Translations under genes and position numbers: made by a program
Notes under the pieces: generated by a model
What the model was told of the DNA's origin: nothing
The model's database searches: none
What the model saw: only the letters and a program-made list of their open reading frames with translations
Virus record (IMG/VR): IMGVR_UViG_3300017707_001954
Location: 1 to 42,041 of that record
Strand: one strand, 5' to 3'
DNA length: 42,041 bases
Source: a virus
Taxonomy: Duplodnaviria > Caudoviricetes
In this document: in pieces, positions 18,225-28,318 of the stretch
Layout of the letters: every line of letters begins with the position of its first letter
How positions within the stretch are numbered: position 1 is the stretch's first letter

Positions 18225-18929
18225 TTAGGGTTTGGGGGATTCGCGGTTGCGCCGAAGCTCGGCGCGGTGGATTTCGAGGAGTTCCTCGCGGGCGGTGCTT
18301 TGCAGAGTCATGCCGGTTTGTGTCTGGCCCTGCTCCAGAAGCCAGGTGCCGTGCATGTGGCGGATGACGAACTCATGCAGCACCTCCAGCACGGGCATGA
18401 GCACCCATTTGCTGGCGGCGAGATCGGTGGAGAAGGTGCCGCTGGTATGGGCAACGATGCAGCGGTAGCATTCGAGGTTGCTGACGGTGCGGACATCTCC
18501 CACGACATAGGCCGTGGCAGTCACCCAGGCGGTGGTGTTGAACTTGGAGATGAGCGGGGTCCAGCTCACCCAGACGGTGGGCAGATCGGGGCTGACGCTG
18601 ATGCCGGTTTTGTCGGTGTAAAACTGCACGCTGGTGGCCAGTCGTGTTTCCCGTGGGTCCTGCGTGTAGATTTCGAGGTTGCGGGCATCTCCCAGCACGT
18701 CCCAGGAGATGAGGCCGCTGCTGGGGGTGATCTCTGCCCAGGTGCGGGCGTCTTCCCAAAAGCTGTTGCTCTGGAAAGGTAGCTCGTAGCCGATCTTGTA
18801 GCTGCGGTTGAAGAGCTGAAGGAACTCAGCTTTCAGGGTGGCATTGCTCCCGATCTCTGTGAGGTAGCGTGTGGCACGCACAGCATCCTCAAAGGCGGTG
18901 TTGAAAGGGATATGGGAGCGGACGGCCAT
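18225..18929 (-). CDS. Putative head-tail adaptor with an inserted CBM5/12-like module
   Basis: Position after the capsid gene; AWVTATAYVVGDV...YRCIVAHTSG...W chitin-binding-type motif. Confidence 0.6.
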   Translation of the reverse strand: MAVRSHIPFNTAFEDAVRATRYLTEIGSNATLKAEFLQLFNRSYKIGYELPFQSNSFWEDARTWAEITPSSGLISWDVLGDARNLEIYTQDPRETRLATSVQFYTDKTGISVSPDLPTVWVSWTPLISKFNTTAWVTATAYVVGDVRTVSNLECYRCIVAHTSGTFSTDLAASKWVLMPVLEVLHEFVIRHMHGTWLLEQGQTQTGMTLQSTAREELLEIHRAELRRNRESPKP

Positions 18930-18936
18930 GGAGGTG

Positions 18937-19437
18937 TCAGGCCACGAGGGCTTGCTGCCCCTCCTTGGCAGCGTGTTGCAGGCGCAGGCTGACCTGGGCG
19001 TGCTGCATGGCGCGGTGCATCCGGCCTTCTTTGGCAGCCTGCTCCAGGGAGGCGGTCCAGCCGCTGCGGATGTCTCCGGTGATGACTTTCTGCGGGGCGC
19101 AGTCGGGGTTCCGTTTGAGGAAGTCCCGCATCATCTCGGAGTCATCGAAGACTTCGCCACCTTTGCAGCCACGCATGCCGAGAGTGCTGCGGTGCAGTTG
19201 TTTGTAGGTGAGGGGTGCCATGTGGTAGGCGGGCATGAAGTCGAAGTCATTTTTGACGACGACAGGCCCGCGAGCGCGACGCAACTCAGCGGCACGCTTT
19301 TCCTGAAGAGCTGCGCGGTGATTGTCCGCTTCGAGCTTGGCTTTGTAAGCGGCGAAGATGGCACGGGCTTTGTGCAAGCCCACCCGTTTGGCGAGCTTTT
19401 CAAAGCTGAGCACGGGCGCTTTGTCAGGATTCCACAT
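18937..19437 (-). CDS. Hypothetical protein downstream of the capsid gene
   Basis: Start reassigned to MWNPDKAP (ATG 19437); contains DSEMMRDFLKRNPDC. Confidence 0.6.
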   Translation of the reverse strand: MWNPDKAPVLSFEKLAKRVGLHKARAIFAAYKAKLEADNHRAALQEKRAAELRRARGPVVVKNDFDFMPAYHMAPLTYKQLHRSTLGMRGCKGGEVFDDSEMMRDFLKRNPDCAPQKVITGDIRSGWTASLEQAAKEGRMHRAMQHAQVSLRLQHAAKEGQQALVA

Positions 19438-19554
19438 AACAAGAAAGGGAAAAGGGGCCGCCAAGGCAGGCAGAGGACTCCGGGGAAGGATGCGCCGATG
19501 TGGGTCACAACAACACAACAAAGGCCTTTCCCTCCGCCTGCCCGGCGGTGATGG

Positions 19555-20784
19555 TTAAGCGACGGCGGTATAGACCTTGCCGTGAACGGCGGGCATGGAG
19601 CAGAAGAGGCTGAAGAAGCCTTCGACATAGCCCTGAGTGCCGCTGCCATCCTGGGAGAGGTCCACTTCTTCGAGGCCATTCAGCAGCTCGTAGAAGTATT
19701 CCATTTCCAAGGCCAGCATGTGGTCCTGATCACCCAGCGTGAGGGTGGGTGTGCCGGTGGCGGTGGCGGCAGCCGACAGCACGATGCGGGTGCTGTTGGT
19801 GATGCTGGCGATGTAAGCGCCCGCAGGGATGCCTGTGCCGCCGATCTTCATGCCAGACTGGAGGCCTGCGGTGCTGGTCACGTCCAGCGCGGTGCTGGTG
19901 TTCGTGGTGGAGGCACCGGCCAGACTGCCGGCATTGCGCACGCCGTTGAGGTGCTCAGTCGGCACGACCATGAGACTGCCGAAGGCGGTCTTGTAGCCGG
20001 TGAGCATGGCGCTGATCTCGTGATCCGTGCTGTCCTGATTGAAGCGGCGGATGGGGGTGCTGGTGTTGCTGAGAGTGCCAGCATCAAAGAAGGTGGCCAG
20101 GTGATTGGCGAACTCCGTGGTGGTGAAGGCGGTGAGCTTGACGTTCTTGCGCTTGGCCTGGCGGCACTCCAGCAAGAGCGTGCGCATCTGCGTCTCGGTG
20201 AAGGCCGTGGCGGAAGCGACGCTGATGAGCTGCGAGGATGCAGGGCGGTAGTTGCTATCCACCTGGAAGGTGGAGCTGGTGCCCTGAGCGGAGCTTTCGA
20301 CATAGGCGGAACCGCCCATGGTGAGGTGCATGGAGCCAAGACGGCCTTCATTGTCGTAGGCGCTGGCGGTGTCCTTCGCCACCTGGGCGGAGAGGTAGGT
20401 GAGTTCCACGCCCTGCTTGTAGCGCTCAAGGGCGCGGAAGCGGGATTCACCGACTTCATTGGCGACGCCTGCGGTGTTTTCGACTTTCTCGACACGTTTC
20501 GAGACGCCGTAGTCTTCGCGCTTCTGCTGCACGCAGTTATAGATTTTGGCGCGATTGACGAAGTGGTTGGCAACGCTGCCACGAGTGACAGAATCACCTT
20601 CTTTGACGCCGCCGAGGCGTCCGGTGAGATGTTTGTCCGCCACTTTGGAATAGACGGAGTTTTCAGCGGCACCGCCGCTTTGGACGGTGGAGCTGAATAG
20701 GGTGTTCTCGTTGTCGAGAAGGGCGATTTCGTCGGCCAGATCTTCGTGGATGGCTGGGACGGTGGATGAAAGGGCTTGGGCCAT
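19555..20784 (-). CDS. Major capsid protein (DUF5309/SU10-like)
   Basis: N-terminus EDLADEIALLDNENTLFSS, N..Q...E...VS and YKTAFGSLMVVP; follows the scaffold gene. Confidence 0.85.
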   Translation of the reverse strand: MAQALSSTVPAIHEDLADEIALLDNENTLFSSTVQSGGAAENSVYSKVADKHLTGRLGGVKEGDSVTRGSVANHFVNRAKIYNCVQQKREDYGVSKRVEKVENTAGVANEVGESRFRALERYKQGVELTYLSAQVAKDTASAYDNEGRLGSMHLTMGGSAYVESSAQGTSSTFQVDSNYRPASSQLISVASATAFTETQMRTLLLECRQAKRKNVKLTAFTTTEFANHLATFFDAGTLSNTSTPIRRFNQDSTDHEISAMLTGYKTAFGSLMVVPTEHLNGVRNAGSLAGASTTNTSTALDVTSTAGLQSGMKIGGTGIPAGAYIASITNSTRIVLSAAATATGTPTLTLGDQDHMLALEMEYFYELLNGLEEVDLSQDGSGTQGYVEGFFSLFCSMPAVHGKVYTAVA

Positions 20785-20835
20785 GGTGTTTGGAAAATGG
20801 AGGTGTTAGAGTTCCACGCTGTGGGGCTGGAGAGG

Positions 20836-22053
20836 TCAGGCGCGGGCGGTGCTGCGCACGGGTCCGAGCTTGATGGCTTCCTTCAGGTATTTCTGACGCT
20901 CATCTTCAGTCTTTGCCGTCTTCGCCTTCTGCATGAGAAGGCTCTTGCGAGCTGCGATGTCAGAGCCGGAATCGGTCACGGGGGCCAGGCGTGGAGTGCT
21001 GGCGGGTGTCTCGACCGGCGGGGTCTTGCGTTGGGTGGAATCCTCTTTGGAGGATGGCGCTTTTGTCGCAGCGCCCGCTGCGTCCGGGAAAGTGATGACG
21101 GCACGGCGGCTTTGCAGCACGTCGTAGAGGGCGGCCTTGGCCACGAGTTCCTCTAGCCGTGTGGGCAGGCTGGCGTCTTTGAGATAGGTTTCGCGGGCTT
21201 CTTTGTAGCCCTTGGTGGCGGCGTGTCTCTCGGCGAGTTTACTGGCGGACTCACGCACCTGGGTGACTTTGGCGTCATGGGTGAACCATGATTGCGCGTC
21301 TTGGATGCGCTGCTGGTAAAGGGGCAGATCGGCGGGCCGCAGTTCGACCTCCTGCCCATTAGGCAGGGTGTGGGTGACGGCTTCATCTTCGCCACGGCGT
21401 CCGGCTTTGACTTCGCGCTGATGGTAGCTGAGCAGGGCGAGCGCTTCTTTGGCATTTTCACCCCAAGAGGCGACGGCGTGGGCATCTTTGAAATGCACGA
21501 AGGAGTTGCCCGCGAGCCCGACAGAACGCACGGCGGTTTCACCGTCCTGCTTTTCGATCTCGGCGAGTTTGGCTTCCAGCTCGGTGAGCTTGGTTTCCTT
21601 CTCCTGGAGCTTGGCCTCGGCCTCCTGCGCACGTTTGCGCACTTTGGCGGCTTCTTTGCTGGCTTCAGTGATGCGCTTGCGGGCCTTTTCATCGAGCTTG
21701 GCCAGATCGGCCTCACTCATTTCTTCAACGGCGGGATCTTCAGCTTGAGAGGCTGGGGCTTCATTGGAAGTGTCAAAGCGGATGCTTTCGGCTTCGACCT
21801 CGGCAGCGGCTGGAGTCTCTGGAGCGGGAGCGGATGCGGCAGCGGCGGGCTTGTCCGGTGTGGGAGTGGCTGCGGGAGCGGCAGCGGCTTTCTCCTTTTT
21901 GGCTTTCCGCTGAGCGCGGAAGGCCTTGGCCTGATCGGCACTGAGTCCACGAGCAATGTGCTCGGCGGTGGCATCCTGCGGCGTGATGATATTGACCGGA
22001 GCTTCAGCTTCGGCAGATGCGGCAGGCGTGACAGGATCGGACATGGAGCCCAC
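20836..22053 (-). CDS. Capsid scaffolding protein
   Basis: Ala/Glu/Lys-rich coiled coil, between portal and capsid. Confidence 0.7.
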   Translation of the reverse strand: MGSMSDPVTPAASAEAEAPVNIITPQDATAEHIARGLSADQAKAFRAQRKAKKEKAAAAPAATPTPDKPAAAASAPAPETPAAAEVEAESIRFDTSNEAPASQAEDPAVEEMSEADLAKLDEKARKRITEASKEAAKVRKRAQEAEAKLQEKETKLTELEAKLAEIEKQDGETAVRSVGLAGNSFVHFKDAHAVASWGENAKEALALLSYHQREVKAGRRGEDEAVTHTLPNGQEVELRPADLPLYQQRIQDAQSWFTHDAKVTQVRESASKLAERHAATKGYKEARETYLKDASLPTRLEELVAKAALYDVLQSRRAVITFPDAAGAATKAPSSKEDSTQRKTPPVETPASTPRLAPVTDSGSDIAARKSLLMQKAKTAKTEDERQKYLKEAIKLGPVRSTARA

Positions 22054-22129
22054 CCTACTCGCCTAACCTGCTACACCTCAAGCCTTGGGAATGATGCGGG
22101 ATGATGTGGGATGAAGTTTGACGCTTGGG

Positions 22130-22432
22130 CTAATTCACTGCCTCTGCCTGCTCCGCTGTGGCGGGAGCTGATTCCAGCCATGCGCGGGCGATTTGATAGA
22201 GATACAAGGCTCCACAAGCCTGCCCCTGATCGTGCGCTGTGGCTACGGCTTCAATGCCTGCCCGCTGCATGTCGAATGCTTTGCGCTCGATGAGATTGAA
22301 GAGCGCTTTCACCGCTGGGTCCTGGCGGTTTTCATAGACGTGCTTGCGCTCTTGAGCACGCTGCTCCGGGGTGAGGTGGAAGGTCTGCCCATAGAGCGGG
22401 GCGCAAAGGATGACGGGGGCGGATTCGGGCAT
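22130..22432 (-). CDS. Small protein between portal and scaffold
   Basis: ATG 22432 directly after the portal stop; 100 aa helical; typical slot in podovirus head modules. Confidence 0.6.
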   Translation of the reverse strand: MPESAPVILCAPLYGQTFHLTPEQRAQERKHVYENRQDPAVKALFNLIERKAFDMQRAGIEAVATAHDQGQACGALYLYQIARAWLESAPATAEQAEAVN

Positions 22433-22433
22433 G

Positions 22434-24731
22434 TCAAACGGTGGCAGAGGTGAGCATGGAAGGCTGCTGAAGCATCTGGGCGAGGCTGATGCCATCCGGC
22501 AGTTGCTGAAGAGTATCGAGGAGTTGCTCGGCAGCCGTGGCCTGAGCCAGCGGGTCCTCTGACAAGGTGCGGCCGATGCGGGCGTTTTCGCCACCGTGCT
22601 GCTTCTGGTTGTTCACGAGTCCGGCGAGGTAGCTGGTGAGCACGACGTGAATCTGCTGGCCGCCGATGATGGATTGCTGCCGCAGGGGGCTGCGGTTGAT
22701 TTCATCGGTGACGGCCTGCGCGAGCCCGCCGAAGTCCATGCCCTCGGTGACATCTGGAGCGCCGCCGCTGAAGATCTCGGCGAGGTGCATTCGGGCCATG
22801 TCGAGCGTTTGCCGCTGGGCGGTGTCGGCATCTTTGGGCAGGCACTGCGCGGCGAGTCCAGGATCGAGCATGTTGAAGCCTGCTTCGAGGATGGGCAGGG
22901 TGTTGATCTGGCCGCGATTGTCGAGCGGGACGATCATGTCCTTGATGAAGCCGAGGTGCTGGCGCGTCCATTCCACATCCAGACTTCTGACGTTGAACTT
23001 GGCCTGAATGTCATAACCGCCGCGCACTTCTTCGGCTGTGGCGGTGATGAGTTCATTGGTGCCGGTGATGCGGGCTCCTTGCAAAGGCGGCATGTATTGC
23101 TGGATGAGCTTGGCGGTGCGGGAAATGCACTGGCTCAGTGAAAGCATGAACCATTCGAGCTCGGCCTGTCCCATCATCATGGCCACACTGTCGGCCACGT
23201 TCTTGCTGGCGAAGCCAAAGAACTCGTTGACGCTCTCACGCAAGGTTCGCTCGATCTCGATGCTGCGGCCATCGGGTGGCGGGATCTGCAAGGCGGTGGG
23301 TGCTTTGCCACGAATGGAGGGCAGGAACACACCGGGAGCGGGGCGCAGGCCTTCCAGCTCGGGGTCACCCGTCCAGGTGGGAAAGGTGGTGAGGCTGGCG
23401 GCATCGGTGCGGCTATCCCACTGGGCTTTGACGGCCTGCTCCTTGGTCATAGTGATCTCGGGCACGCTGTGGCCATCCAGCAACAGGCGCTCGTCTGTGC
23501 TGAAGGTGAAGGGGACGAAGGGGTAAGAACCATCCCAGTCCATGCGCAGTTCGCGCTTGGCGACCTTGTCCTGAACATCGGCGTGCAGGATGGTGGCATA
23601 GGTGCCGGTGAGGCCATCTTCGGTGACGGCTCGGTCCCAAAGCTCGATGATCTGGTAGAGGTGATTTTGAGATTCACCATTGGCGCGGGCGGTCCAGTTG
23701 ACTCCGGCACCGCTGAGCGCCCAAGGGTGATTGCCCATGCTGTTGCTGAAGAGGTTGCTGCGGCCTTTGTGCTTTTTGAGCACTTCTTCAACCCAGGCTT
23801 TATCCCAGTCATGCAGGGCGGCCTGTTCACGAATCCACTGGGCGGAGCGCCAGCGGACTCGGCCCACCCAGCGGCAGGAGTCGAGATTGTCCTCCATGAG
23901 GGTTTCATAGGGGAAGAACACATCCACGAAGGGCTGCAAGGCCTCCCAGCATGGGGAGCTGCGTTTGACGTAAGCGGCGTGGACGGTGGCCTGATCGGCA
24001 CCTTTCCGCAGGGCATCGAGCGCACGTTTAACGGACGCTCTACCGATCTTGCGACGCTGGGCAGCACCGGGTAGGTTTTGCAAACAGAGGTCGATGATGC
24101 GGTCCTCATCGGCGGGGTCCATGGCGAGGGCCTCGAAGTCGATGTCTTCGATCAAGGTCATGTCCTGAGCTGCCACGGCGGCCTTCATTTGCAGCCACTC
24201 CGCCACCATGGGCACGGTGAGGGTGATGGGCTCCACGCCGCGCTCTTCCTTCCAGCCGACATACATCAGGCTGGCGCGGAAGCGGTCTGCATAGCTACCG
24301 GCCCGCAGGCCCTGCGTGACGAACTCGGTGCGCATGGGTCCGTTGAGGTAGTAGCGCAGCACCTGGCGCATAAGGCCGGCACGTTTAGCATCCGTGCTCT
24401 CCATCGGGGTGACGGTGAGGCTGCCGCTCATCAGCGCGGCGATGCGGGCGGCATTCCGCCGGTTCATCACGGTCTGGGTGAGATGCACCTCATGGTCTGC
24501 GGCACCGTTGAAGGGTTTGGCATCGGCGGTTTTGGTGTTGGCCTTTTTGCCGGTGCCGTTCTTGCCCTGCCACCAGCATTTGCGTGTCTGCTCGTTGGTG
24601 GCCATTTGCTTGAGAAACTGGCTGGCATCACGGCAGGCCGCGTCCATCTCATCGAGCGCGTCTTTGACCTGCCAGTCGGCAAGCGGTTTCTCCGGGTCAA
24701 TGACGGAGGGCAGTTCAGCGGGTTTTGACAT
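22434..24731 (-). CDS. Portal protein
   Basis: 765 aa, between terminase and scaffold/capsid; motifs VTPMESTD and YPFVPF; Gln-rich C-terminus as in P22-type portals. Confidence 0.8.
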   Translation of the reverse strand: MSKPAELPSVIDPEKPLADWQVKDALDEMDAACRDASQFLKQMATNEQTRKCWWQGKNGTGKKANTKTADAKPFNGAADHEVHLTQTVMNRRNAARIAALMSGSLTVTPMESTDAKRAGLMRQVLRYYLNGPMRTEFVTQGLRAGSYADRFRASLMYVGWKEERGVEPITLTVPMVAEWLQMKAAVAAQDMTLIEDIDFEALAMDPADEDRIIDLCLQNLPGAAQRRKIGRASVKRALDALRKGADQATVHAAYVKRSSPCWEALQPFVDVFFPYETLMEDNLDSCRWVGRVRWRSAQWIREQAALHDWDKAWVEEVLKKHKGRSNLFSNSMGNHPWALSGAGVNWTARANGESQNHLYQIIELWDRAVTEDGLTGTYATILHADVQDKVAKRELRMDWDGSYPFVPFTFSTDERLLLDGHSVPEITMTKEQAVKAQWDSRTDAASLTTFPTWTGDPELEGLRPAPGVFLPSIRGKAPTALQIPPPDGRSIEIERTLRESVNEFFGFASKNVADSVAMMMGQAELEWFMLSLSQCISRTAKLIQQYMPPLQGARITGTNELITATAEEVRGGYDIQAKFNVRSLDVEWTRQHLGFIKDMIVPLDNRGQINTLPILEAGFNMLDPGLAAQCLPKDADTAQRQTLDMARMHLAEIFSGGAPDVTEGMDFGGLAQAVTDEINRSPLRQQSIIGGQQIHVVLTSYLAGLVNNQKQHGGENARIGRTLSEDPLAQATAAEQLLDTLQQLPDGISLAQMLQQPSMLTSATV

Positions 24732-24978
24732 CAGGATGGCGGAGGTTCACAGTTTGTGAACCACATCCAGCGCACCCTTCCCCAAGAGCAGGGCCATGCT
24801 TCTGCAAGTCTGCGCAGAAGTCAAGCACGGCCTGCCGGAGCCAAAGACGGCGGGCGTGGAGGTGGTGCTGCACGGGCGGCGGTTGCTGATTTTGCAGCAG
24901 CGCCTCCGCCTCGCGCTTCCTCAGACCTGCTTGCATCATCAGGTCACGCACTTGAGAAAAGGTGATGAGGAGGGTCAT
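24715..24978 (-). CDS. Hypothetical protein, possible winged-HTH
   Basis: MTLLITFSQVRDLM...RRLWLRQAV; start reassigned to ATG 24978. Confidence 0.45.
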   Translation of the reverse strand: MTLLITFSQVRDLMMQAGLRKREAEALLQNQQPPPVQHHLHARRLWLRQAVLDFCADLQKHGPALGEGCAGCGSQTVNLRHPDVKTR

Positions 24979-24985
24979 GTGGGTT

Positions 24986-25207
24986 TTAAGGGAGCGCGGG
25001 CACTCCTGCCCGCTGAGTTGGTGCCTGTAATTTCTCGGGCCAAAACTCACCCGTGATCGTGCCCGAGACAAAAGCCCGTTCATCTCCGATACACTTCATC
25101 CATTCCATATCCTCTTCCCACTCTATAATTTCAGGATTTGCCTGTGGGTCGTAGCGATACCAGTAATAGCCGCTTTCTGTCGGTTGATTTGTAGTCCAGT
25201 GATCCAT
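24986..25207 (-). CDS. Small phage protein (WTTNQPTESGYYW motif)
   Basis: Common small-phage-protein motif; visibly more AT-rich than its flanks. Confidence 0.6.
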   Translation of the reverse strand: MDHWTTNQPTESGYYWYRYDPQANPEIIEWEEDMEWMKCIGDERAFVSGTITGEFWPEKLQAPTQRAGVPALP

Positions 25208-25216
25208 ATTTTGGAG

Positions 25217-25834
25217 TTACTTCATGATTGGAAACTTGGCCTGCCCGACGTGGCCGACGAAAACACGCTTGTCGATGAGCACGCGGCCGCCGAGCTCACG
25301 CCACTTGGCGCAGAAGGCGAAGTCTTCGCTGGTGCCGTCGTAGGAGGTGGGCCAGAAGCTGTGCATGTCGCCGAACTCGGTGTTTTTCATGAGGGTGACG
25401 TGCGGCTTCATCTTCTCGAAGACGGAGCGATGCACGCGCATGAAGCCGCGGGCGGTTTTAGCGACTTCCCACAAGATGCCTTCACAAAGCGCAGGGTTTT
25501 CCATGCCGGGCAGGGGAACCACAGGGGCCTCAAATTTGACGGTGCGCTTGCTGTAAAGGCCGAACACGAGCGGCTCGTCATGCTCCATGAGGTGGGCGAG
25601 GTCCTGGGGCTTGAACACGAGATCGGTGTCGATGACGATCATTTCGTCGCAGTCGCTTTGCAGGAACTGCTTGGTGGCTACGTCCATGGCATAGCCAGGG
25701 TAAGGCGTGGAGAGGTGGCAGAAGACGCTTTCGCCTTGGAGAGCGCCCATCATGCTCACCGCCCAGGCGGTGACAGAGAGGCCCATGCCGTTGTCGATGA
25801 TGGGATAGAAGATGGGTTTGTCGGTTGGATTCAT
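25217..25834 (-). CDS. GT-A fold glycosyltransferase-like protein
   Basis: DxD motif IDTDL; GFMRVHRSVF; SEDFAFC..W...GG.V..D.....GH.G. Confidence 0.75.
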   Translation of the reverse strand: MNPTDKPIFYPIIDNGMGLSVTAWAVSMMGALQGESVFCHLSTPYPGYAMDVATKQFLQSDCDEMIVIDTDLVFKPQDLAHLMEHDEPLVFGLYSKRTVKFEAPVVPLPGMENPALCEGILWEVAKTARGFMRVHRSVFEKMKPHVTLMKNTEFGDMHSFWPTSYDGTSEDFAFCAKWRELGGRVLIDKRVFVGHVGQAKFPIMK

Positions 25835-25861
25835 GGTCGTGGGCGTGTTTGGGGTGAGGGT

Positions 25862-26287
25862 TTAGATGCGGGTGCGTTTTGGCACGGGGCCGTCGTATTC
25901 AAAGATGCCTTCGATGTCGGTGGGGGTGGCTTCGATCCGCATCCCGCGCCGGAACTGGGAGGCAAAGACACGCGGGCCGGTGAGCCTGACGCTGACCATG
26001 GCGCCGCCATCCACGGGCTTGCAGCGCAGCACGCGGGGCATGACGCCTGCGGCTTGTGCCAGCATGGGTATTTTGGCCGGAGCAGATGGGGCGTTGTAAA
26101 CGCCGATCAGGCGCAGCACTTCGGCCTCGCCTTCTGGGGTAATGTGGTAGGCCTGGCCCTCTTTGACGTAGTGCTCCAGGCGTTTGAGATCGCCATTTTC
26201 GCGCCAGCGCTTGAAGCTCTCACGCGGGACATTGAGCCGGGCGGCCAGGATGGCTTCGGGGGTGTTGAGGAATGCGGTGGTATCCAT
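25862..26287 (-). CDS. N-terminal HTH protein downstream of terL
   Basis: EAILAARLNVPRESFKRWRE helix-turn-helix pattern. Confidence 0.55.
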   Translation of the reverse strand: MDTTAFLNTPEAILAARLNVPRESFKRWRENGDLKRLEHYVKEGQAYHITPEGEAEVLRLIGVYNAPSAPAKIPMLAQAAGVMPRVLRCKPVDGGAMVSVRLTGPRVFASQFRRGMRIEATPTDIEGIFEYDGPVPKRTRI

Positions 26288-26314
26288 GTTGTGTTGTTGG
26301 GTGGGGTGGTCGGC

Positions 26315-28318
26315 TCAGTAGCCAAATTCTTCATTTTTGCGGCGTTTGAAGCGCTGGGTGTCAATGTGGCGTGGGTTGGCGGAGAGGAGGATGCGGAGGG
26401 TGTCGATGGGGTCCTTCCAGGCGCTGCTGCTGCTGCCGGCCACGGCGTAGCCGGGATAGTTTTGCAGGGCTCCGATGAGGTTGGTGCAGTGCTTGGCAAT
26501 GCGGATTTTTGGCCCGCGCCCTTGCTGGGGGTCTATCTCCATGTCTCCGGTGGCGTTGTCGATGTGGGTGTTTTCGCGGTCCCACATGAGCATGGAGTTG
26601 ATATTCTGCTCGCCGCTGAGCACGTTGTCTGCGGCGGCAGTGCCTCCGGCTTGGCGGAAGTAGAGTTTGTTGTCCTCCATCCACTCGATGATGGTTTTGC
26701 TCTCTTCCTGGCCTTCCACGACAGTGGCGGTGGATCGACTGTCGGAGATGCGGCGATCATAGACATGCAGCCAGGTGTCTTCGATGAGGCCTTGCTTGCT
26801 TTCGAGCTTCTGCCATCCGGCGAGCTTTTCTTCGATGCGGCGGATTTCGGCGGCGCGGAAGGCGTAGCCGCAGGGCCATTGCTTTTGGGCGTTGCCTTTG
26901 ATGCCGAGGCCGTTTTTGCCGCCGGACTTGGCCCACTCGCAATCCTCGCCGGTATAAAGGGCGGCACCGGGGACGTTCACGACATCGTTGGTTTGCGGAT
27001 ATTCGTGGGCGATGAGGATGTCACCCGGCCCCATCTTGCCCCAGGCCTGCCCAAGCACGAAGGCCCAGAGCTGGAACCACGCACGGCCACCGCTGGCGTT
27101 TGGATCTTGCGACATCCACCACGTCCCAAACTCGGCAGGTGGCAGCCATTGCGGCACGGGGCGGACATGCACCTGAAGGTTGAAGTTGGGGAAGGGGCTG
27201 TCCGCGGTGCCTTCGGCGATGCCGTAGCATTTCCAAAGGATTTTGGAGCGAGGGCTTTTGAGTTCAGACTTTTTCATGCCCTCCCAGTTTCCGCCGAGGG
27301 GATTCTGCCAGGCGTAGATCCACATGAAGCGACGGGTGGGCACGGCGCAGTGAACGACGCAGGGCAGGCGCTCTCCCCCGATGATGGTGCCCTTGGCATC
27401 TCGGCGCGGCAGTAGCTCTGGGTCAGCCTCGATCTCCTTCATGGTGACGGCTTTGTCCATGAACCAGCGGACGGTTTCGGTGTAGCCGTCGCGGAAGGTG
27501 TAGGTGACGAACTGCACGGCGACCATGAGCCGCCCGATGAGGTCACGCGGGAACCACATTTCAGGGTCCGCTTCTTTCTGAGCGAGCAATTCCCGCCACT
27601 TGGGCATCATCTCATGCGTCCACTCGGCGGCGGTCAGCAGTCGGTTTTCTGTGGCTTCAAGCACGTTGACTGGCACGCACTCATCGCCCCAGGAGGTGCA
27701 GGGGCGGGGGCCTTCGAGCTTGCCGATGTCTTGCGCCCAGGTTTTAAACCTGCACACGGCACCGCTGGTCACGGCGCACTCGTTGTTGGTGAAACCTCCG
27801 GCGGCATCGTAACCCATTTTTTGGTTGGCCTGCTTTTTGAGGCGGCCTGTTTCGGTCTTGTATTCGTTGGGCTGCCAGAAGCGGATGGCGGCTTCCACCA
27901 CTTCGGCGCTTTTGTCATCGTCAATGCTGAAGGTCCAGAAGGTGCGCTGGTGCTCGGGCATGTCTGGGCGGCACTGCTCCATCGCTAGCGTGTAGAAGCG
28001 AGCCAGCGATTGGGTTTTGCCGGAGCCATTGGAGCCCCCGATGCCCATGGTGACGGGCACGCCGGGATTCTCCACCCGCAGGCGGCAGGTCTCCCAAAGG
28101 ATGTCATCCCAGGAGCGGAAGAACCACCCGTGGTTAAACGGGTCCTCTGCGGCTTCTTGGATGCGAGCTGCCCGCGCCGCCACGGCAGCCAGCGCATCCT
28201 CAGCCCCGAGCGCCATCAGCTCCTCCACCGTCAAGGGTGGCAGCATTCCATGCGGCCGCTGCTCTGCTTGCAGCAGCTCGAAGGCGAGGCGTATTTCGTC
28301 AGTCATGGGGTTATTCAA
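26315..28318 (-). CDS. terL: Terminase large subunit
   Basis: Walker A GGSNGSGKT, Walker B SWGDE, nuclease-domain SQDP and C-terminal KDPIDTLR. Confidence 0.85.
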   Translation of the reverse strand: MNNPMTDEIRLAFELLQAEQRPHGMLPPLTVEELMALGAEDALAAVAARAARIQEAAEDPFNHGWFFRSWDDILWETCRLRVENPGVPVTMGIGGSNGSGKTQSLARFYTLAMEQCRPDMPEHQRTFWTFSIDDDKSAEVVEAAIRFWQPNEYKTETGRLKKQANQKMGYDAAGGFTNNECAVTSGAVCRFKTWAQDIGKLEGPRPCTSWGDECVPVNVLEATENRLLTAAEWTHEMMPKWRELLAQKEADPEMWFPRDLIGRLMVAVQFVTYTFRDGYTETVRWFMDKAVTMKEIEADPELLPRRDAKGTIIGGERLPCVVHCAVPTRRFMWIYAWQNPLGGNWEGMKKSELKSPRSKILWKCYGIAEGTADSPFPNFNLQVHVRPVPQWLPPAEFGTWWMSQDPNASGGRAWFQLWAFVLGQAWGKMGPGDILIAHEYPQTNDVVNVPGAALYTGEDCEWAKSGGKNGLGIKGNAQKQWPCGYAFRAAEIRRIEEKLAGWQKLESKQGLIEDTWLHVYDRRISDSRSTATVVEGQEESKTIIEWMEDNKLYFRQAGGTAAADNVLSGEQNINSMLMWDRENTHIDNATGDMEIDPQQGRGPKIRIAKHCTNLIGALQNYPGYAVAGSSSSAWKDPIDTLRILLSANPRHIDTQRFKRRKNEEFGY

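Noticed and set aside
25184-27415. Long plus-strand ORFs in the late region (743 aa here; also 3145-4233, 4306-5322, 12511-13770, 19582-20700)
   Set aside because: Antisense shadows of well-supported minus-strand genes in high-GC DNA, with no motifs.
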